IMG/VR virus record: IMGVR_UViG_3300035533_000068
Location: 1-37,524 of that record
Source: a virus
Taxonomy: Duplodnaviria; Caudoviricetes
Reading direction: 5' to 3' (one strand)
DNA: 37,524 nucleotides
Below, one piece after another: positions 16,439 through 26,184 of this stretch. The position numbers and the translations under genes are program-made. How positions within the stretch are numbered: the stretch's first letter is position 1; every line of letters begins with the position of its first letter. The notes under the pieces were generated by a model that saw only the letters and a program-made list of their open reading frames with translations, did no database searches and had not been told where the DNA came from.

Positions 16439-17661
16439 GCAGCTAAACCGCCACCAAAGGATGGCTTTTCTTTTTTTCCTGTAATAGGCACGTTAAACGT
16501 TTTGCTTATCCATTGCTCATCTACTTCATGAGTAGTAAGCACACCCTGTACTATTTCCCAGTGCTCTTTTAACGAAAGCTCCTCGCTTCGGTCAAACACA
16601 AACCGCTCATTATCGTTAAAGCGGAAACCGTGCATCCTGAGCAGCGGGATGAGTTTATTGTTAACGGTAAATTCTATCATTCGCCGGTCCTTTTCGGCAA
16701 TCTTTTCGTCCAGTGTACGTTCGTGCACTTCCGACTGGCTTCGAGAGCTACCGTCATCGGTTATCATGGTTCCACCGATGTAATGTTTGGCCATTTCATC
16801 GTTGGTGGTTTTTATCTGCTCGGCAAAAATCTTGTGCGGGTCGCCCTTAGTAGAACTGTCATGGATAGTCACTTTTGTGCCTTCGGGTAATACAGCATTT
16901 GCCGCCTGCCCTAAGTTGTTTAAAGCACCCTCTATTTCATCCAGCTTCTTTTTGTCCGTAGTAATAGTTTCGGCAGTTACCAACGGAATGCCAAAGCGTT
17001 CTGCAAAATCAGCCCATACCTGTTGGGCATTTCTTTTCCATATCAGTTGCGGAATGATATCATTCATTATCCCGTAAGGATGAATATTTTCTATGGAGAT
17101 AATGTTTTTTTGAAATTTCGGGTCGGTATAATTTACAAACTTATTACCTCCTACTTCGAAGTAAATGCGTTTGAATTGAGGGCATACATTCCGGCGAGGT
17201 ATGAGTTTCCAGTCCATGGTTACCGGGTTGACAAGTTCTATAACGGAATATTTGCGATAAATACTGTCCAGAAACCATTCCATGATATTGTAAAACCATT
17301 CGGTGCGGAGCTGCTGGGTGGCTTCTTCATTCTCGTTGCCATCCTTATCCATGATATAGAAGTGATTGCTTGTAACCGCAGCTTTCCTTATCTGTACCAG
17401 TGCCTGTAAATGTCCATCGGTAGAAAGGTTGTCGTACAAATCCTGTAAAATAAACCAGCGCGGGTCTTCGTAATTATCGGCAGCATCTAAGGCACCTCTC
17501 CACTTCTTAATGTCAGAGCGGGTTTTATCTTTGAATTCGCCCACAATTTGAGCAATTAGCCCTTTGCTGTTTATCCCTTTGGCTGCTGCCCTGGGTATTT
17601 TTACTTCTTTTTTAATTAATCCCCAGAGGTATGAATTGGATTTAATGTCGTAATTTTCCAT
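16426..17661 (-). CDS. Portal protein (Mu gp29 / DUF935 family)
   Basis: WADFAERFGIP, GSSRSQSEVHE; lies between the gp36-like gene and MuF. Confidence 0.88.
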   Translation of the reverse strand: MENYDIKSNSYLWGLIKKEVKIPRAAAKGINSKGLIAQIVGEFKDKTRSDIKKWRGALDAADNYEDPRWFILQDLYDNLSTDGHLQALVQIRKAAVTSNHFYIMDKDGNENEEATQQLRTEWFYNIMEWFLDSIYRKYSVIELVNPVTMDWKLIPRRNVCPQFKRIYFEVGGNKFVNYTDPKFQKNIISIENIHPYGIMNDIIPQLIWKRNAQQVWADFAERFGIPLVTAETITTDKKKLDEIEGALNNLGQAANAVLPEGTKVTIHDSSTKGDPHKIFAEQIKTTNDEMAKHYIGGTMITDDGSSRSQSEVHERTLDEKIAEKDRRMIEFTVNNKLIPLLRMHGFRFNDNERFVFDRSEELSLKEHWEIVQGVLTTHEVDEQWISKTFNVPITGKKEKPSFGGGLAANFR

Positions 17662-17663
17662 AG

Positions 17664-18104
17664 TTAAAATCTGTTATCTTCGGGTTCATGCTTACTCCAA
17701 ATGCGTATATCTGTAAGGGTGTTGCCCTCTTCATCGGTTAGCAAAGGAAGGTTGCAGGGTGCTCCTTTCTGAACCGCTTTTAGCCATTCCAAACAATCGG
17801 CATATCGTTCGCTTCGTGTTTGCGGAATATTATTGCCCCCTTCTTTGCTCCACAGGTGATATAATGCCATATCAATGGTTATCATTATAATGTAAGGGTC
17901 GCGGTTATCTTCATCATCTCCTGTGGCCGGAGCATCAACAAACACTTTATCCATATCATATTGGCCCCCCAGGTAATTTTTTATCTGGGCAACAGCCATA
18001 TCAATGGCTTTTTTCAACTTCAACTTTTCGGTGGTAGGGTCGATAATTTTTGCTATCTCATTACGCACCTGTACGTCATAATCATTATCTGTGATAAATG
18101 GCAT
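17664..18104 (-). CDS. Mu gp36-like (DUF1320) head-tail adaptor
   Basis: YLGGQYD, DMALYHL, ERYADCLEWLKAVQKG. Confidence 0.85.
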   Translation of the reverse strand: MPFITDNDYDVQVRNEIAKIIDPTTEKLKLKKAIDMAVAQIKNYLGGQYDMDKVFVDAPATGDDEDNRDPYIIMITIDMALYHLWSKEGGNNIPQTRSERYADCLEWLKAVQKGAPCNLPLLTDEEGNTLTDIRIWSKHEPEDNRF

Positions 18105-18106
18105 AA

Positions 18107-19633
18107 TTAAAATCTGTTTTTCGAATTAATATATAAGCTCGCTTTACTACGCGTGCGGATAGAGCTGTAATTTTCAGCTCGTATGTATGTTCCAAGTTGG
18201 TTTAATGCTTGCTCATCAGCATCGGGACTATCGTCGTGGGTTTTATAACCCGGTTCAATGCCTTTCAATTGAGCAATTCCAACCTGCATATCGTTGTTTG
18301 CTTTTTCTTTTTCGTTGTAATAAATGCGACCGTTTTGATAATAAGGATGCAATCCGGCAACTATCCGGTCATATTTGTTTTGCCGCGGCCGTTCAACAAT
18401 AGTAATATTTAGAGGACGTCCTTTTTCCTGTTCAACCATTCGCAGGGCATCTTTCAGCGGGTCGTTCCAAAACTGGCTTTCTACTTTCCAGTGTACCACC
18501 ACTGTTTCCGGCAATCCTTCATTATAATCGTAAATGAAGCGTATAGCATCAACCATTTTACATTGTCGTACAAAAGCTTTTAATAGCCAGAAATTACGTT
18601 CATGCAACCCCCAGACTTTTACGGCGTTGTAGTCGCTTTTGCCGGAAAAGGCTACATCCCAAAATCCAATAATTACTTTAAAGTGATTCATTGCCGGAGG
18701 CTTGGCCCATTGTATGTGTTCGTCGGTAAATATTTTGCCCTCCACATGCTTTTCGTGGTTGTATTCGGCACGTGCAGCAATTGAACCGATATCAGCTTCT
18801 ATTTCTTTGTAGTAATTAGGAGGATATTTTTCTTTCCATGCCGGCTCATAGGTAACCTGGTTATATGCTTTTACTTCATGCACTTTCCATGATGGGTGCC
18901 GCTCTTCCAGTTGATTTTGAATGGAGCGTGGCCATGGGTCATTGTTTGGATGCAGGTATCTTCTAACCTGCCCGTCCATGGTTGGAATTAAATCGCGTTC
19001 AATCCATTTTATTACATCATCCTGTCGTTTGGGATTTCGAGAAGTATCTTTATCTTCCAGGTCGTCTGGAACAATAAGGTTTGGACGTAATTTGCCTTTT
19101 CTTAAGCCACGGGGGCTTTGTCCCATACCCAATGCTTTGCCTAAAAAACGGTTGTCACGGGTACAGAAATCGCCATCCGTCCAACTGCCTTCCAGTTTTT
19201 GTTCACCAAAATCGTGAATTAATAATTGGTTGGCTTCGAATTCTGCCTGTATATCTCCCAGGAGTATTACTGCTTTATCATAATTGTTGCCAACAATTAC
19301 CAGGTAAATGTTTTCGTTGTTTATCCACAACCATAAGGGAATAAGTGTATCACAAACAACTGATTTTGCTAACCCGCGCCCCCATCGTACCAAATAGCGG
19401 CAGGTTTTATTTTTCTTTACTCTGTTGGCTAAATTAACGTGAAACTGTGGTGTAGGAGCATCAGCATAATGCTTGAAATAAGTTTGAACAAAAAAACTAA
19501 AATCATTTTTAGCCTTCTCAATTCTTTCTTTTTGCTCTTTTTTTGTTTCATTAGGATTTACCGATTGCCCGGAGCGAACCAATATGAGTTTATCTCTAAA
19601 TCGTTGAAGTGCTTGTTTGTCTTGAAATTTCAT
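18107..19633 (-). CDS. terL: Terminase large subunit
   Basis: RGLAKS (Walker A variant), GQSPRG, RPNLIVPDDLED; nuclease motifs FWDVA and HDDSPDA. Confidence 0.9.
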   Translation of the reverse strand: MKFQDKQALQRFRDKLILVRSGQSVNPNETKKEQKERIEKAKNDFSFFVQTYFKHYADAPTPQFHVNLANRVKKNKTCRYLVRWGRGLAKSVVCDTLIPLWLWINNENIYLVIVGNNYDKAVILLGDIQAEFEANQLLIHDFGEQKLEGSWTDGDFCTRDNRFLGKALGMGQSPRGLRKGKLRPNLIVPDDLEDKDTSRNPKRQDDVIKWIERDLIPTMDGQVRRYLHPNNDPWPRSIQNQLEERHPSWKVHEVKAYNQVTYEPAWKEKYPPNYYKEIEADIGSIAARAEYNHEKHVEGKIFTDEHIQWAKPPAMNHFKVIIGFWDVAFSGKSDYNAVKVWGLHERNFWLLKAFVRQCKMVDAIRFIYDYNEGLPETVVVHWKVESQFWNDPLKDALRMVEQEKGRPLNITIVERPRQNKYDRIVAGLHPYYQNGRIYYNEKEKANNDMQVGIAQLKGIEPGYKTHDDSPDADEQALNQLGTYIRAENYSSIRTRSKASLYINSKNRF

Positions 19634-19635
19634 CG

Positions 19636-20139
19636 TTATTTAAACCTTAATGAAACGTTGTTTAAATGCAATTCTTGAAAATCTAATGTTTGTAAATAAA
19701 GTGATTCGTCAAATTCTTTCATCGCATCAAAAATCATCTCCATAACAGCAATGTAAGTTGAAAGGGTTATCTGGTTATCTTTATCAATAGATGATAATGT
19801 TTTATTCCATTTTGCAACCGCATCATCTATCCGGGCAATAGATTCCCGTAATCGGGTGGTTTCTTCCAAATCCTGGTTGGCTTCGGCTTGTTTAAGTTGA
19901 GTGTTTAACGTAATTCGCTGTTCGCTAAGGTCGTTGATTATTTGCTCAATATTATCGGTTCGTACTTTCGGGCTGCTAATTCGTGCATTTCTTTCCTTTT
20001 TCCATGCAGCATTATTTTCATTTACCCATTTGCTTAAAGTAACTTCGCTTACATTGATAAGCTTACTTATTTCCTTTGCATCTTTGCCATGTACGACATA
20101 CAATATTTTTGCAATTTTCTTCTCTCGTTCTTTTGCCAT
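19636..20139 (-). CDS. Putative terminase small subunit (HTH, DUF1804-like)
   Basis: AKEISKLINVSEVTLSKWV HTH; directly upstream of the large terminase. Confidence 0.75.
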   Translation of the reverse strand: MAKEREKKIAKILYVVHGKDAKEISKLINVSEVTLSKWVNENNAAWKKERNARISSPKVRTDNIEQIINDLSEQRITLNTQLKQAEANQDLEETTRLRESIARIDDAVAKWNKTLSSIDKDNQITLSTYIAVMEMIFDAMKEFDESLYLQTLDFQELHLNNVSLRFK

Positions 20140-20291
20140 ATTCAATCTGTTTTATACAAAGGTGCTTTATAATGCTTTTATTTAATATTATTTATGTAAA
20201 ATATGTATAAAATATTATAAATCATGGACTTATAATAGTAATATTGAACAAATCGTGCTAAAATTGTAAATGATTTTTTAGCATATTTTAG

Positions 20292-21437
20292 ATGTTCAGA
20301 CTTGAAAAATTATCAGACAAAGCAGTTTTAACCATTTATGGTTATATAGGTGGAGCATATCTTGATTTCAGGGCAGTTGAAAATGCGCTTTATGAAATTA
20401 AATCGTCTGGATTACGACATGTTGATTTCTGGTGCCACACTTACGGAGGAGATGTGTTTGAAGGTAATTTAATGATTACTTTTATTAATGAATTCCAGAA
20501 GGCCGGAGGAACAGTTGATTTGTTTGCGCCGGGGGTAATTGCTTCGATGGGTGTTCCTATTGCCATGGCTTGTGATAAACGCTACATTGCCGAAAATGGT
20601 TTAGGCATGATACATACTGCCAGAGGTGGAGCTTATGGCACGGCAAAAGATATGGAGCAGACAGCTAAATTACTTCGATCAATTGAAAAGCAATTCAAGA
20701 AAAGACTTTTAGAGGTAACAAATAAAACAGAAACTCAGGTTAATGAATGGTTGGATGGTACCGATTACTGGTATGATGCCGATGAGTTGATTGAAATGGG
20801 TTTGTTTGATGATAAAATACCTTCTACCGTAAAGGATATTTCCATATTGGACAAAGAAGAAATTGAAACATTAGGAGCTAAAGGCGTTTATGAGCGCTTT
20901 GCAGCAATATTGATGCCTGAATTGAAAAATCAAAATAAAAATGAAATGGACAAAAAAACATTGATAGCCAGGTACGGGCTTACAACAGTTACCGAAGCCA
21001 GCTCTGAAGAAGAGATTATGGTTGCAATTGATGCTAAAATAAAGGCTGGCGACGAAAAAGCAGCCGAAGCTGAGAAAAAGCTCAAAGAATCGCAAAAAGC
21101 ATCAATCGAAGCATCGGTTGATAATGCGATTAAAGAGGGTAAAATTACTAAAGAAAAAAGAGATGAGTATGTTGCCCGTGGCGAGAAAATCGGATTAGAG
21201 GAATTGAACGCCATTTTTGCCGACATGAATGTTTATCAGCCTATAACTGATAAATTGAAAGGTAAGAAAGGAGAAGAAGAATCTACCGACCGAAAGAATT
21301 GGGACTGGGATAAGTGGCAAACTGAAGCTTCTAAGAACAAAGCCATAGAAGCAGAATTAGAGGCTATGCCCAAAAAAGACCCGGAAACTTTTAAAGCTTT
21401 GTATAAAGGGAAATATGGTGTTGAACCGGAATTATAA
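20292..21437 (+). CDS. ClpP-like prohead protease with C-terminal scaffold region
   Basis: YGGDVFEG, IASMG (Ser), MIH (His), WYDADE; charged coiled-coil C-terminus. Confidence 0.88.
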   Translation: MFRLEKLSDKAVLTIYGYIGGAYLDFRAVENALYEIKSSGLRHVDFWCHTYGGDVFEGNLMITFINEFQKAGGTVDLFAPGVIASMGVPIAMACDKRYIAENGLGMIHTARGGAYGTAKDMEQTAKLLRSIEKQFKKRLLEVTNKTETQVNEWLDGTDYWYDADELIEMGLFDDKIPSTVKDISILDKEEIETLGAKGVYERFAAILMPELKNQNKNEMDKKTLIARYGLTTVTEASSEEEIMVAIDAKIKAGDEKAAEAEKKLKESQKASIEASVDNAIKEGKITKEKRDEYVARGEKIGLEELNAIFADMNVYQPITDKLKGKKGEEESTDRKNWDWDKWQTEASKNKAIEAELEAMPKKDPETFKALYKGKYGVEPEL

Positions 21438-21456
21438 ACAAAAAATTTGATATAAA

Positions 21457-22374
21457 ATGCCAGGAGTTAGAAAAGAAATTTGGACAGGGAAAGTGATCGA
21501 AGAATTTTCCGCGCTTGAAAAAGATACATTCCTTCAGGGAATTGAAGACTTTAGCCGCTATGTTAGCAACGTGGGCGATGAAGCTCAGGTAATTCATGCA
21601 GTATATATGGGAGTTGCTCCCGATGTATTGATAAACAATACTACTTATCCTATTCCGGTACAAACTTTGGGTGAAGAGGATGTTACAATTCAGTTGGATA
21701 AGTATCAAACCAAGCAAACACCCGTAACGGATGATGAGCTTTACGCACTCACCTACGATAAAATTGCTACGGTAAAAAGTAAGCATGCAAAATCGATTGC
21801 ACGTAATAAAATTAAAAAAGCTATCCATGCTTTAGCTCCCAATGGAGCAACTGCTGCCATGCCTGTTTTATTAACTACAGGTGACGATGATGGAACCGGC
21901 CGCAGAAGGTTGGCTCCTGCTGATTTAATTCTGCTGAAAAAGAAGCTGGATGATTTGGAAGTGCCTGAATTTGGCCGCCGTATTGTTCTTTGTAATGATC
22001 ACGTAAATGATATTTTGAGCTGGGAACAAAAATTTGCAGAGCAATATTACAATTACAAAAGTGGTAAGGTTTCGGAATTTTTTGGATTTGAAGTGTTTGA
22101 TTACACCGGCAATCCTTATTTCAAGCCATCAACCAAAGAAAAATTAGCTTTTGGAGCTGTTCCAGAAGCTACTGACCGTAAGGCATCCGTATTTTTCAGC
22201 TTGGAACGTGCTGCTAAAGCGCAGGGATGGACTAAAATGTACTATTCCGAAGCAGCTAAAGACCCTGCCTATCAACGTAATATGATGAACTTCCGTCATC
22301 ATTTTATTGTAATGCCAACACGCGAGGAAGCTCGTGGGGCAATTGTTTCAGACAATTATGTTGCACAAAACTAA
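21457..22374 (+). CDS. Major capsid protein
   Basis: 305 aa after the protease; EIWTG, PDVLINNTTYPI, LDDLEVPEFGR, FFGFEVF. Confidence 0.8.
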   Translation: MPGVRKEIWTGKVIEEFSALEKDTFLQGIEDFSRYVSNVGDEAQVIHAVYMGVAPDVLINNTTYPIPVQTLGEEDVTIQLDKYQTKQTPVTDDELYALTYDKIATVKSKHAKSIARNKIKKAIHALAPNGATAAMPVLLTTGDDDGTGRRRLAPADLILLKKKLDDLEVPEFGRRIVLCNDHVNDILSWEQKFAEQYYNYKSGKVSEFFGFEVFDYTGNPYFKPSTKEKLAFGAVPEATDRKASVFFSLERAAKAQGWTKMYYSEAAKDPAYQRNMMNFRHHFIVMPTREEARGAIVSDNYVAQN

Positions 22375-22385
22375 AAATTGAGGAT

Positions 22386-22838
22386 ATGAGATTTTTCAAA
22401 TTATTATTTGTATGCCTGGTGTCCATGGTAATGTTCACCACAATGGCAAATGCTCAGGATGCTATCCTGAGCCAGGGAACGTATAAAAGCGTTACGGCAA
22501 TTTATGATGGTGATACCATAGAGGGAACATCAATGGAGGTTGGTAAAACTATCCTGGTTGATAAATCGCAAGGTTATGGATATCGTTACCAGGCATCAGC
22601 CGATAGTTTAAATGCTGCAGGAACGGTGTTGTTTATTCTAAAAGGAGGAATAACCGAAGATAATATGCAGCCTATTGATACAGTTACCTGGTATTTGACA
22701 TCAGCCGATACAACAGTGTTGTTTGACCAACGAAATGATACTGAAAATTGGAGATATATAGGAGTGTTTATAAAAGGAACCGATGCAGGAACTAAAGCGA
22801 AACTTGGTACTCAACATTTGAAATTATTATTAAAGTAG
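22386..22838 (+). CDS. Beta-rich hypothetical protein with Sec-like signal peptide
   Basis: MRFFKLLFVCLVSMVMFTTMANA|Q. Confidence 0.65.
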   Translation: MRFFKLLFVCLVSMVMFTTMANAQDAILSQGTYKSVTAIYDGDTIEGTSMEVGKTILVDKSQGYGYRYQASADSLNAAGTVLFILKGGITEDNMQPIDTVTWYLTSADTTVLFDQRNDTENWRYIGVFIKGTDAGTKAKLGTQHLKLLLK

Positions 22839-23080
22839 TGATAAAAAAAGAGGATGAGATAATTGATAAAAGGAAGCTCACACAGCGTGAGCTTCTTATC
22901 CTGCTTTCCGAGCAGATGGAACGAATGAATGCCGATGTTTCTGATTTTAAAAAAGTATTCCCGCAACTATCTGAAAGGGTAACAAAAATTGAAACAAAAA
23001 TGATAATGATAGCTGGTTCATTCAGTGTATTATCTATTCTAATTACAATAATTATAAACGTGTTTGAATTTTTTAATTAA
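22838..23080 (+). CDS. Coiled-coil protein with C-terminal TM helix (holin/XhlA-like)
   Basis: ERVTKIE followed by a hydrophobic C-terminus. Confidence 0.5.
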   Translation: MIKKEDEIIDKRKLTQRELLILLSEQMERMNADVSDFKKVFPQLSERVTKIETKMIMIAGSFSVLSILITIIINVFEFFN

Positions 23081-23086
23081 AAAAAG

Positions 23087-23431
23087 ATGAATAAAAAAAA
23101 TAAAGAAGATCTGAGAAAAAATTTGGATGAAGCTAAAGAGCTTTTGAAAAAAGCAAAAACCGATAAAGAAAAATCGGAAGCAGAAGAGCTTGTTAAATCA
23201 GCCGAAAAAGAACTTGCTGAATTGGAAGGTCCAGAAAAAAAGCCAAGCCAGGCAAAAGTAAAAAAAGCCGAAAAAGAATTGGAAATAATGAATAAGTATG
23301 GTGTTGATGCTTTATATATCAACTCCAAAGGTGCTTATTTCACTAATCCTAATTTGGCCGAACTCTCTGAAAAAGACAAATCGAAAATAAAAACGATTAC
23401 CCGCGAACTGGTTGAATCAATTATAAAATAA
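23087..23431 (+). CDS. Hypothetical K/E-rich protein
   Basis: Operonic ORF. Confidence 0.65.
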   Translation: MNKKNKEDLRKNLDEAKELLKKAKTDKEKSEAEELVKSAEKELAELEGPEKKPSQAKVKKAEKELEIMNKYGVDALYINSKGAYFTNPNLAELSEKDKSKIKTITRELVESIIK

Positions 23432-23437
23432 CTCTCC

Positions 23438-23644
23438 ATGAAAATATTAAAAATTATTCAATTTCTTTTTTCATATAGAGGTATACTTGACGCGCTATAT
23501 GAAACAATAGATTATTTGGTTAAACGAAATAAATTGAAAAATGATGACAATGGTTTAACCGCGGAAGACAAGAATGAGTTAAAAGAAGAACTCTGGGATA
23601 TTGCAAATGCATTTTTAAAAATCACAAAAAAAGAAAAAAAATGA
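23438..23644 (+). CDS. Hypothetical protein
   Basis: Operonic ORF with ATGA overlap to the next gene. Confidence 0.55.
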   Translation: MKILKIIQFLFSYRGILDALYETIDYLVKRNKLKNDDNGLTAEDKNELKEELWDIANAFLKITKKEKK

Positions 23645-24102
23645 AAAAAATTCATGTTATTTTAATTTTAGCAGTTTTGCTAATAATGCCGGCAGTTGTT
23701 TTTGCTGCTGGAGATAGTGGAGCAGAAGAACCTTCTAATTTAGTTAAATGGATCAGTGGAGCAGGATTAACTCTTGTTAGTGGTATTGTTGTTTGGGCAA
23801 GAAAGAATTTCAAAAATGTATTTCAGAAAATAAAAGAAATCATAGAAATTCCGATTGCTATTATGAGTGGACTTTCGAAGATATCAACAGAAATTGCTCA
23901 GGCTTCTGGATCTGTCACAACATTACTTAATTTAATTGAAAGTTTTGCGGAAAATGATTCCATGACAGTAAAAGAATTAGTTGAAAGAATAAAAGCACAG
24001 AAGGATGAAGTAGTCAAGGAAATGAAAGATATACCTGCTTCAATAGATGAAGCTATTGATAAAGTAAAAGATGAAATTAATGATTTAACTAAAAAATCAT
24101 GA
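23641..24102 (+). CDS. Membrane protein (signal/TM + second TM + coiled coil), possibly lysis-related
   Basis: Two hydrophobic segments followed by an amphipathic helical region. Confidence 0.55.
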   Translation: MKKIHVILILAVLLIMPAVVFAAGDSGAEEPSNLVKWISGAGLTLVSGIVVWARKNFKNVFQKIKEIIEIPIAIMSGLSKISTEIAQASGSVTTLLNLIESFAENDSMTVKELVERIKAQKDEVVKEMKDIPASIDEAIDKVKDEINDLTKKS

Positions 24103-25394
24103 GCAATTTACGAGGAGTAATTATAACCAAAGGAAAAGTAGGCGCTAATGTCGAGAATCTCGATGGCGTTTCGGCGTTGTTAACAAATGCTCCTGCAATA
24201 GCTCAGTCGGGTGATAATTTAGGAATTGCCCTGGCTACGGTAAAAGAAATTAAAAGCCCTAATGATGCGGAAAATTTGGGAATAAATGAAGCATACGATT
24301 TAGCAAATGATGTAAGATTGTACAGACACATTACGGAATTCTACCGTATGGCCGGAGAGGGTACCAAATTATATATCATGTTGGCAGATCCAACAAAAGA
24401 TATGGCAACGATGCTATCCGACCATGGTGAAGCTCTATTGAATGGTGCCGATGGGGAGATAAGATATTTAAGCGTAACTTATAATCCACCATCAACTTAT
24501 GCACCAATTTATGTTGATGGACTGGAAGAAGTAGTTGGAAATGCTATTCCTGCTGCACAAACATTAGCCGATTGGGCCTTTGCTCACGACTGTCCGATAA
24601 ATGTATTTATCGAAGGACGTGGTATAAATGGAACTGCAGCCGCAACTCAAGACCTTAGAGAAATGATTGTTTCAGAAGTAGTGAAAGAATATGGTTATGT
24701 TTCAGTTATTTGTAGCCAGGATTGGAATTATGCTGAAACGCTGACTGGAGAAGCACAAAAATTCGCTGATGTAGGTACTTTTATGGGCACAAAAGCAGGT
24801 ATAAAGGTTAATGATAATCCTGGCGAAGTTGGAGAAGAAGGTGATGAAGATAGTTTGGATATTAGCGACCCAGTTCGTGAAATTTGGCTAACTGCTGGAT
24901 TATCAAATCATACTAAAATTAAAGAGATTGATGATACCGACTTGCAAACATATAATGACAAAGGGTATATTTTTGCTATATCTTATACCGGTTTTGCCGG
25001 ATATAGATGGAACGATGATCATGTTTGCGCTCCTATTATTATTGATGCCGATAATAACCAAAACATTCATAGTATTGCTATTGGTGCCACGCTTAATAAA
25101 TTGGCACGATTAATTCGCAAAAATCTTTTACCAAAAGTAAAAAGCACTGTTCCGGTAGATACTGAAACGGGTAAGCTTACACCAGGAATGGTGAAGTACT
25201 TTGAGGGATTTGCAAATGAGGCATTCATTGAGATGCTAAAAGCTGGAGAAATTAGCGGAGGAGGAGCTATTGTAGATCCTAATGCCGATTTGAAATCAGG
25301 CGACAAAGAATTGCCTGTAACTTTCAATATGGTTGATACCGCAACACTCGGTCAGATTTCTGCTAAAATTAACGTTAAAAAATCATTAGCATGA
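24099..25394 (+). CDS. Tail sheath protein (DUF2586-like)
   Basis: HITEFYRMAGEGTKLY, DKGYIF, GYRWND; precedes the tube gene. Confidence 0.82.
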   Translation: MSNLRGVIITKGKVGANVENLDGVSALLTNAPAIAQSGDNLGIALATVKEIKSPNDAENLGINEAYDLANDVRLYRHITEFYRMAGEGTKLYIMLADPTKDMATMLSDHGEALLNGADGEIRYLSVTYNPPSTYAPIYVDGLEEVVGNAIPAAQTLADWAFAHDCPINVFIEGRGINGTAAATQDLREMIVSEVVKEYGYVSVICSQDWNYAETLTGEAQKFADVGTFMGTKAGIKVNDNPGEVGEEGDEDSLDISDPVREIWLTAGLSNHTKIKEIDDTDLQTYNDKGYIFAISYTGFAGYRWNDDHVCAPIIIDADNNQNIHSIAIGATLNKLARLIRKNLLPKVKSTVPVDTETGKLTPGMVKYFEGFANEAFIEMLKAGEISGGGAIVDPNADLKSGDKELPVTFNMVDTATLGQISAKINVKKSLA

Positions 25395-25810
25395 GTTTAA
25401 TTAAGAGAAATGGAAAAGCATACGATAGTGGTGATGTTACTATAGCTATGTTTGGAAGCATTGATTATGAAGTTACCGAAATTGAATACAATACTGAGCA
25501 AGAACATCAGAAAAATTATTCATTAGGTAGTAATAAGGGAACTTCATGGAGTATGGGTAACATTGAGGATACTGCCTCAATGACACTTCGGCTGGCTTCT
25601 ATATCCGCAATTGAAAAAGCAGCAGGTGGCAACCTTTTAAAAATTAAGCCATTTGATATAAATGTAACATTTGTGAATGAATTTAATGACATTATAAATG
25701 ATACGTTGACTGTTAAATTTCAAAACCAGGGTAGAACCGTTGATGGTGCAATGGATTTGAAAAAACAATTTACTCTCTTTGTTCTTGATATTGATTTTAA
25801 TAACGCTTAA
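25391..25810 (+). CDS. Tail tube protein
   Basis: 139 aa, NGKAYDSGDV; directly after the sheath. Confidence 0.78.
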   Translation: MSLIKRNGKAYDSGDVTIAMFGSIDYEVTEIEYNTEQEHQKNYSLGSNKGTSWSMGNIEDTASMTLRLASISAIEKAAGGNLLKIKPFDINVTFVNEFNDIINDTLTVKFQNQGRTVDGAMDLKKQFTLFVLDIDFNNA

Positions 25811-25827
25811 AAAAACATTTAAAAATT

Positions 25828-26184
25828 ATGGAAAATACAGTAAAAAAAGAAAAAGTATTACTTCCTAACGGAGTTACAGAGGAGATGGTGAAAGCGTGGA
25901 AAGAACGTTATGGAGATAATAAGGTTAAGCTGGCAACGCTTAGCGATGATAATGATTCGTTTGAACCTTTTGATGTAGTGATAAGGGTGCCCGACCGGGT
26001 AACGATGGGCGAATTTGAAAAGTGGCTGGATAAAAACCCGGACAAATCAAAGCAAATTATTGTAAAAGCTTGCTTGCTTTCAAGCAAGGATGAAGTTCTT
26101 GCACATGATGACAAGTTTTTGGCAGCATTTAATGCAATTGCCGAAATACTTCCTATTCGAAAGGCAATAATAAAAAACTTATAA
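25828..26184 (+). CDS. Tail assembly chaperone (lambda gpG equivalent)
   Basis: Follows the tube gene; ends in slippery A_AAA_AAC. Confidence 0.75.
   Translation: MENTVKKEKVLLPNGVTEEMVKAWKERYGDNKVKLATLSDDNDSFEPFDVVIRVPDRVTMGEFEKWLDKNPDKSKQIIVKACLLSSKDEVLAHDDKFLAAFNAIAEILPIRKAIIKNL

Noticed and set aside
16343-16531. Plus-strand 62-aa ORF across the portal/MuF junction, or the hairpin there as a terminator
   Set aside because: The ORF is antisense to a continuous operon; the hairpin has no U-tract on the coding strand and fits a frameshift stimulator.
11895-20145. Invertible segment or misassembly explaining the minus-strand block
   Set aside because: No invertase or flanking inverted repeats seen; a clean bidirectional terminator and a divergent intergenic region bound the block.
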